From NCBI GenBank assembly GCA_046757525.1, contig JBHHYI010000031.1:1-31960 (forward strand): a stretch of DNA of 31,960 bases, given 5' to 3'. This document shows positions 27,047 to 31,960 of the stretch, in pieces. This DNA comes from a bacterium. Lineage in GTDB: Bacteria; Zhuqueibacterota; Zhuqueibacteria; Oceanimicrobiales; Oceanimicrobiaceae. The translations under genes were made by a program, and so were the position numbers. Below the pieces are notes generated by a model, which searched no databases, was not told the origin of the DNA, and saw only the letters and a list, made by a program, of their open reading frames with translations. Every line of letters begins with the position of its first letter. Position 1 is the stretch's first letter.

Positions 27047-27700
27047 ATGATCCGTTCCAAAAACAAGAATGACGAACCAGGGCACCACAAAGGCATTTCA
27101 CGTCGCAGCTTCTTAAAAGGCGTTGGGCTGACTTCCGTTGGCGTGGCGACGGCTACCGGTACGGGACTCCTGGTGAAACTGCGCAAGTCGGGCATTCTGC
27201 CCGCAGAAGGTAAGATTTTGGGTCCCGAGGCGGTTCCCATTGTTTTAAGGGTAAATGGAAAAGCAACCACGGTTAAGGTCGAGCCTCGAATGACTCTGGC
27301 GGACGTGCTGCGAGAGCATCTGCACTTGACCGGTACCAAAGTCGGCTGCGACCGTGGTGCCTGTGGTGCCTGCACGGTCCTGCTGGACGGCAAAAACGTT
27401 GCCTCCTGCATGACCCTGGCGGTGGACGCCGCGGGCTTGCCGGTTGAAACCATCGAGGGGCTCAGTCCTTCGGACGGTAACGGCACGCTGCACGCTATTC
27501 AGGAATCGTTCATCGAACACGACGCTCTGCAGTGCGGATTTTGCACCTCGGGGATGATCATGAGCTGCAAACACCTGTTGGATCACAATCCCAACCCGAC
27601 ATTGGAGGAGGTCAAGGTGGCAACCAGCGGCAATCTTTGTCGCTGCGGTACCTATCCGAAAGTGTTCCAGGCGGTTTTGGCTGCCCGCGCAGGAAAGTAA
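27047..27700 (+). CDS. 2x[2Fe-2S] subunit of a xanthine-oxidase-family aldehyde oxidoreductase with Tat signal (PaoA/YagT-like)
   Basis: SRRSFLK twin-arginine motif, GCDRGACGACTV..C, QCGFC..NLCRCG, TAAGGAG RBS. Confidence 0.95.
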   Translation: MIRSKNKNDEPGHHKGISRRSFLKGVGLTSVGVATATGTGLLVKLRKSGILPAEGKILGPEAVPIVLRVNGKATTVKVEPRMTLADVLREHLHLTGTKVGCDRGACGACTVLLDGKNVASCMTLAVDAAGLPVETIEGLSPSDGNGTLHAIQESFIEHDALQCGFCTSGMIMSCKHLLDHNPNPTLEEVKVATSGNLCRCGTYPKVFQAVLAARAGK

Positions 27701-27784
27701 GCGGCCGTCTCCGTTTGCCGAATCGAGAGGACGGCCTGCAACACGGACCGCAGTTCTTCCCTCCAAATTTCTTAGGAGAAGCTC

Positions 27785-30094
27785 ATGGCTAAAGAAGTTA
27801 AACTCAAGGTTGGTGTGCAAAGCAATTTGCACGAAGTTACACAAGAGATTCCGGACGACGTCCCCCGTCCCTGGGATGGTTCTGACAAGCTGAAATATAT
27901 TGGAGGCCGCGTCACCCGCATCGACGGCCGGGAGAAAACCACGGGCAGGGCCAAATTCACCTTCGACGTACAACTGCCGGGCATGCTTTATGCCAAATTC
28001 TTGCGCTCACCCCACCCGGCTGCGGTGGTGAAAAGAATCGACACCTCGGAAGCCGAACGCTACGCGGGCGTCAAGGCGGTTCTCACCGTCCAGGACCAGC
28101 TCCCCATGGTTGTGCGCTTCGCCGGTCAGGAGATTCTGGCCGTGGCGGCAGAGACCGCTCAGCAGGCCGAAGAGGCGTTGCAACGTGTGAAAATCGAATA
28201 CGACGTGCGTTCATTTGTGGTGGACGTGGACCAGGCCCGCCAGGCTAACGCGCCCCTGGTGTTCAACACGCAGGTCGAGGAGAAAAAGTCCGCAGGCGAC
28301 CTGCCGGGGGCAGCGGAAAAGACCGGCCAACAGGGCAACATTCGCGGGCCGGTCATCCGCCCAAGAGGGGGCACCTCCGAAAAAGTCGATGCGGCCCTCG
28401 CCAGTTCCCATGCCGTGGTGGAGGCTACCTACCGAACCCAGGTGCAAACCCATTGTGCCATGGAAACCCACGGTGTGGTGGCTCATTGGGATGATGAAAA
28501 GCATCTGAGGGTCTGGGCTTCCACGCAGGGCACTTTCACGGTGCGGGATGAGCTGGCCGAGGTGTTGGGCCTGCCGAAGTCCAACGTGCGGGTGATTACG
28601 CCTTACATGGGCGGCGGCTTTGGCGCAAAATTCGGCGCCGGCATCTTTGGCGTCATGGCGGCCAAGCTGGCCCGCAAAACCCGAAAGCCCGTTCGATTAA
28701 TGCTGGACCGCAAAGAAGAGCACCTGGCGGTCGGCAACCGACCCAACTCCGTGCAAAAGCTCACCATCGGTGCGGACAAAAGCGGACACCTGAAAGGCAT
28801 CAAATTGATCTCCTACGGCACCGCCGGTGTGGGAACCGGCGCTGGAACTTCCGGACCGGCTCGCAATATTTACCAGAGCGAAACCATTTACACCGAAGAA
28901 TCCGACGTCTTCATCAACGCTGGTCCCGGCGCGGCCTTCCGAGCGCCGGGGCATCCTCAGGGCGCTTTCGCCCTGGAGCAGGCCATCGACGAGCTGGCCT
29001 ACAAGCTCAAAATGGATCCCCTGGAATTCCGCAGATTGAACACGGCCAACAATGAAGTGCGGCAGGTCGAGTACGAAATCGGCGCGAAGAAATTTGGCTG
29101 GCAGAAACGCAATCCCAAACCCGGCGCCGACCGCGGCCCCATTAAACGCGGACTGGGCATGGCCAATGCTGTCTGGTACTACATTTACGGCACCGGCTTC
29201 CAGGCCACCCTGCAGGTGAATAGCGACGGCTCGGTGGAGCTCAGCAACGGCGTGCAGGACATCGGCGGCGGCATCGGTACCATCATGGCCATGGTGGTGG
29301 CTGAAGAGCTGGGCCTGCAACCAACCGACATCGCCGTTCGCATCGGGGACACCGATTGGGGCTTTGGCCCGGCCAGCGGCGGCAGCCAGACCACCGCCGG
29401 CATCACCCCGGCGGTGCGCAACGCCGCCTATTTGGCTAAGTTGAAAATGTTTGAAATCGCAGCTCCCATTTTGCAAGTGCAGCCAGAGCAATTGACCCTG
29501 GCGGACGGCAAAATCTTCGCCGTGACACACCCGTCCAAAAGCCTCACCTGGAAGCAAGTGGCCTCCAAAATTCCAGGCGACAAGTTCAGCGTCCTCGGCG
29601 AACGGGTGCGGGACTACCGCGAGTTCAACCCTCGCACAACAGCCGGCGTGCAATTCGCAGAGGTCGAGGTCGACACTGAAACCGGCACCGTCAAGGTCAA
29701 CCGGGTAGTGGCGGTGCACGACTGCGGCCGGCCCATGGACCGCTTAACCCTGGAAAGCCAGGTCAACGGCGGCATCATCCAGGGCATCAGCTACGCCTTG
29801 TTCGAGAACCGCATCCTCGACCGCAACACCGGCGTCATGGTCAATCCCAATCTCGAAAACTACAAGATTGCCGGCTCCCTGGACATTCCAGAAATCCAAG
29901 CCGTCATCATCGACGTCAATCACGGACAAAGCAGCACCGGCGCCGTCGGCATTGGCGAACCGGCCACCGTGCCAACTTCGGCTGCCATTGCCAACGCTAT
30001 CTTTCACGCCATCGGGGTACGCATCCGCGAATTGCCAATGACACCAGACAAGATCCTCGCTGCCCTCGAATCCATTCAAGGAGACACCTCATGA
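27785..30094 (+). CDS. Molybdopterin-binding large subunit (PaoC/YagR-like)
   Basis: RIDGREKTTGRA, HCAMETH, GGGFGAK, AFRAPG, GGSQT, GGIIQG, catalytic GIGEP. Confidence 0.95.
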   Translation: MAKEVKLKVGVQSNLHEVTQEIPDDVPRPWDGSDKLKYIGGRVTRIDGREKTTGRAKFTFDVQLPGMLYAKFLRSPHPAAVVKRIDTSEAERYAGVKAVLTVQDQLPMVVRFAGQEILAVAAETAQQAEEALQRVKIEYDVRSFVVDVDQARQANAPLVFNTQVEEKKSAGDLPGAAEKTGQQGNIRGPVIRPRGGTSEKVDAALASSHAVVEATYRTQVQTHCAMETHGVVAHWDDEKHLRVWASTQGTFTVRDELAEVLGLPKSNVRVITPYMGGGFGAKFGAGIFGVMAAKLARKTRKPVRLMLDRKEEHLAVGNRPNSVQKLTIGADKSGHLKGIKLISYGTAGVGTGAGTSGPARNIYQSETIYTEESDVFINAGPGAAFRAPGHPQGAFALEQAIDELAYKLKMDPLEFRRLNTANNEVRQVEYEIGAKKFGWQKRNPKPGADRGPIKRGLGMANAVWYYIYGTGFQATLQVNSDGSVELSNGVQDIGGGIGTIMAMVVAEELGLQPTDIAVRIGDTDWGFGPASGGSQTTAGITPAVRNAAYLAKLKMFEIAAPILQVQPEQLTLADGKIFAVTHPSKSLTWKQVASKIPGDKFSVLGERVRDYREFNPRTTAGVQFAEVEVDTETGTVKVNRVVAVHDCGRPMDRLTLESQVNGGIIQGISYALFENRILDRNTGVMVNPNLENYKIAGSLDIPEIQAVIIDVNHGQSSTGAVGIGEPATVPTSAAIANAIFHAIGVRIRELPMTPDKILAALESIQGDTS

Positions 30095-31083
30095 ATAAAT
30101 TTGAATATGTCCTGCCAGAAAACTTAGAAAATACTTTTGAGTACTTAAACGAGCCCAGCTCATTGGTCAAAGCCGGCGGCATCGACCTGCTCGATTTGAT
30201 GAAGGAAGGTATCGTTGAGCCAAAGCGTCTGGTGAACATTCGTGCGCTGGAGGAGCTCGACTTTATTGCCGGCGATGCGCAAGCCGGCGTGCGGATTGGC
30301 CCCAACCTGACGCTGGCAGCGCTGGCTTCAAACGAACTGCTGCGCACAAGCTACCGGGCTCTGGCGCAAGCGGCGCAAGCGGCGGCCACACCGCAGATTC
30401 GCAACGCCGCCACCCTGGGCGGCAATCTCTGTCAGCGGCCACGCTGCTGGTATTTCCGCAGCAACGACTTCAACTGTGCCCGCAAAGGCGGCGACACCTG
30501 CTTCGCACAGGACGGTGAGAATCAGTACCACGCCATCTTTGGCAACGAAGACGGCTGCGTCATCGTACACCCATCGGCCACGGCGGTAGCCTTGTTGGCC
30601 CTCAATGCCAAACTGAAAATCGCTTCCCAGGGGACTGAACGCGAAGTGCCTCTGGAGGCGTTTTTTGTGTCACCGGCAACCGATATCAGCCGCGAAAATA
30701 TTCTCAACGACGGCGAAATCATCACCGAGGTGCTGCTGCCGCCAGCGCCAAAGGGCTTCACCAGTTTCTATTTCAAACAAAAGGAAAAACAAGCGTTCGA
30801 TTGGCCCCTGGCGGAAGTGGCCGTGGCTTTGACCTTGCGAGGCAATCGTTGCACGGAGGCGCGCATCTTCTTGGGCGCAGCCGCCCCCATTCCGTGGCGG
30901 GTGGCCAATGCCGAAACCGTTCTCAAAAACCAGACCGTGAGCAAAAAAATTGCCCGGATGACCGCGGAGGAAGCCGTCAAAGGCGCCAACCCGTTGTCTC
31001 AGAACCGTTACAAAATCCCGATTTTCAAGGCCATCGTCTACCGCACCATTTGCTGGGCCGCGGGAATCGATCCATTAGCATGA
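30091..31083 (+). CDS. FAD-binding subunit with a [4Fe-4S]-type Cys insert (PaoB/YagS-like)
   Basis: ATGA overlap. AGGIDLLDLMK, QIRNAATLGGNLCQRPRCWYFR..C.RKGG..C..GEN..HAI.G...C...HPS. Confidence 0.95.
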   Translation: MNKFEYVLPENLENTFEYLNEPSSLVKAGGIDLLDLMKEGIVEPKRLVNIRALEELDFIAGDAQAGVRIGPNLTLAALASNELLRTSYRALAQAAQAAATPQIRNAATLGGNLCQRPRCWYFRSNDFNCARKGGDTCFAQDGENQYHAIFGNEDGCVIVHPSATAVALLALNAKLKIASQGTEREVPLEAFFVSPATDISRENILNDGEIITEVLLPPAPKGFTSFYFKQKEKQAFDWPLAEVAVALTLRGNRCTEARIFLGAAAPIPWRVANAETVLKNQTVSKKIARMTAEEAVKGANPLSQNRYKIPIFKAIVYRTICWAAGIDPLA

Positions 31084-31094
31084 GAGGCAAGACC

Positions 31095-31316
31095 ATGAAC
31101 TCCGAAAAAAAATCCCAGTGCCGTTTTCTGCGCAGCAAAAAAACCTACGTGCCCGATCTCGACCATGCCGAAAGCTGGCGCACCGCCGACACGACCACGC
31201 AACCCTACTGGTGCCTGCGCACCATGACCACCGCAGGGCCCGACAACCAATTGGTGGCGCCCGAACGGTGCCAAAAAGAGCGCACTTGCTACCAGGAAGT
31301 GGACCTGGTAGTCTAA
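31095..31316 (+). CDS. Small 4-Cys hypothetical protein (73 aa)
   Basis: GAGAGG RBS before ATG 31095 (in-frame ATGA overlap at 31080). Pattern C-x2-LRSK...YWC-x2-T...GPD...P-x2-C-x3-R-x-C. Confidence 0.75.
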   Translation: MNSEKKSQCRFLRSKKTYVPDLDHAESWRTADTTTQPYWCLRTMTTAGPDNQLVAPERCQKERTCYQEVDLVV

Positions 31317-31338
31317 CTTAGGAAAGGTGGGAACCATA

Positions 31339-31782
31339 ATGGCAGTCAAACCCATTCCCGATGGCTTCCACAGCGTCACGCCCTACATGATCGTTCGTGG
31401 GGTAGCCGAGCTCATCGAGTTCATCAAAAACGCCTTCCAGGGGGAAGAGACTCTGCGCACAGAGCGCCCGGACGGTACCGTCATGCATGCCCAGGTCAGA
31501 ATCGGCGATTCCTTTGTGATGATGGGCGAGGCCCCAGACACCTTTACGCCCATGCCTAACTCGATTTACCTGTACGTCGACGATGCGGACAGCGTCTACC
31601 AGCGTGCCTTGCAGGCTGGGGCCACCTCGATCATGGAGCCGGCCGACCAGTTCTATGGCGACCGCAACGCCGGCGTGAAAGACGCCTGCGGCAACCTCTG
31701 GTGGATCGCCACCCGCATCGAGGAGGTCTCGCCCGAAGAATTGCAGAAGCGTGCAAACGCTTTTATGAAGGAGCGTGGGTAA
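31339..31782 (+). CDS. VOC/glyoxalase family protein (PhnB-like)
   Basis: KPIPDGFHSVTPY, MHAQVRIGDS, YVDDAD, DQFYGDR..VKD..GNLWWIAT. Confidence 0.93.
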   Translation: MAVKPIPDGFHSVTPYMIVRGVAELIEFIKNAFQGEETLRTERPDGTVMHAQVRIGDSFVMMGEAPDTFTPMPNSIYLYVDDADSVYQRALQAGATSIMEPADQFYGDRNAGVKDACGNLWWIATRIEEVSPEELQKRANAFMKERG

Positions 31783-31844
31783 TGCACCTTGAGAAGGTGA
31801 TCTTCTTAGCAAGAAAGAAAAAAGGGCTCGATGTTGATCTGTGT

Positions 31845-31960
31845 GGGTTACATGTAGCCAAAGTCACTGATGATTGTAACCCGTTACGCCGAAGGGCGCT
31901 CGCTTTGGGGGCGCCCTGGGCATCAAAGGAACCAGTCCCCCAGAACCCCAACGGGGTTCC
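31845..31960. repeat. REP-like palindrome cluster, cut by the window end
   Basis: GGGTTACA/TGTAACCC, AGGGCGC..GCGCCCT and GAACCCC-AAC-GGGGTTC. Confidence 0.55.

Noticed and set aside
28697..29719. 340-aa minus-strand ORF
   Set aside because: Antisense shadow of the GC-rich Mo subunit gene.
30801..31079. Long 5' part of the 171-aa ORF
   Set aside because: Out-of-frame overlap with the FAD subunit. Only the last 73-78 codons look like a real gene.
31782..31960. ORF open to the window end, starting at a TAATG overlap
   Set aside because: It runs through REP-like palindromes with no recognisable motif, so it is probably spurious, though it cannot be excluded.
1..31960. CRISPR arrays, tRNA/rRNA genes, intact transposases or integrases
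   Set aside because: No regularly spaced direct repeats, cloverleafs, rRNA signatures or recombinase motifs were found.

Overview
A mostly chromosomal stretch from a bacterium that is probably in the FCB superphylum. The FlgD-Ig/T9SS-like C-terminal sorting domain at ~7840-8119 suggests a KSB1/Calditrichota-like lineage (inference). It carries about 25 genes: an AdoMetDC-aminopropyltransferase fusion, a GMC oxidoreductase / Gfo-Idh-MocA / unknown membrane protein operon, thyA-folA, a secreted lamin-tail protein, a PKD-domain membrane protein, glgP, an SDR, a sigma54-preceded orphan helical protein, a membrane-anchored DUF4900/PilX-like protein, CoA-binding and DinB proteins, cca, a decayed toxin-antitoxin islet, a PI-PLC-like enzyme, an M48 peptidase, a MerA-like flavoprotein disulfide reductase, trpS, a Tat-exported PaoABC-like molybdoenzyme with an extra 4-Cys gene, and a VOC protein. 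Intergenic regions hold several REP/REPIN-like palindromes. No rRNA, tRNA, CRISPR array or intact transposase was found. Best leads: (1) a SpeD fusion whose transferase half resembles animal spermine synthase; (2) a diverged, split second copy of the cca 3' end bracketing a TA remnant; (3) an internally duplicated unknown membrane protein in a sugar-redox operon; (4) a small Cys-rich ORF coupled to the Pao-like operon; (5) a sigma54/IHF/UAS-like promoter upstream of an orphan gene. All family calls come from recognising motifs by eye; no searches were run.
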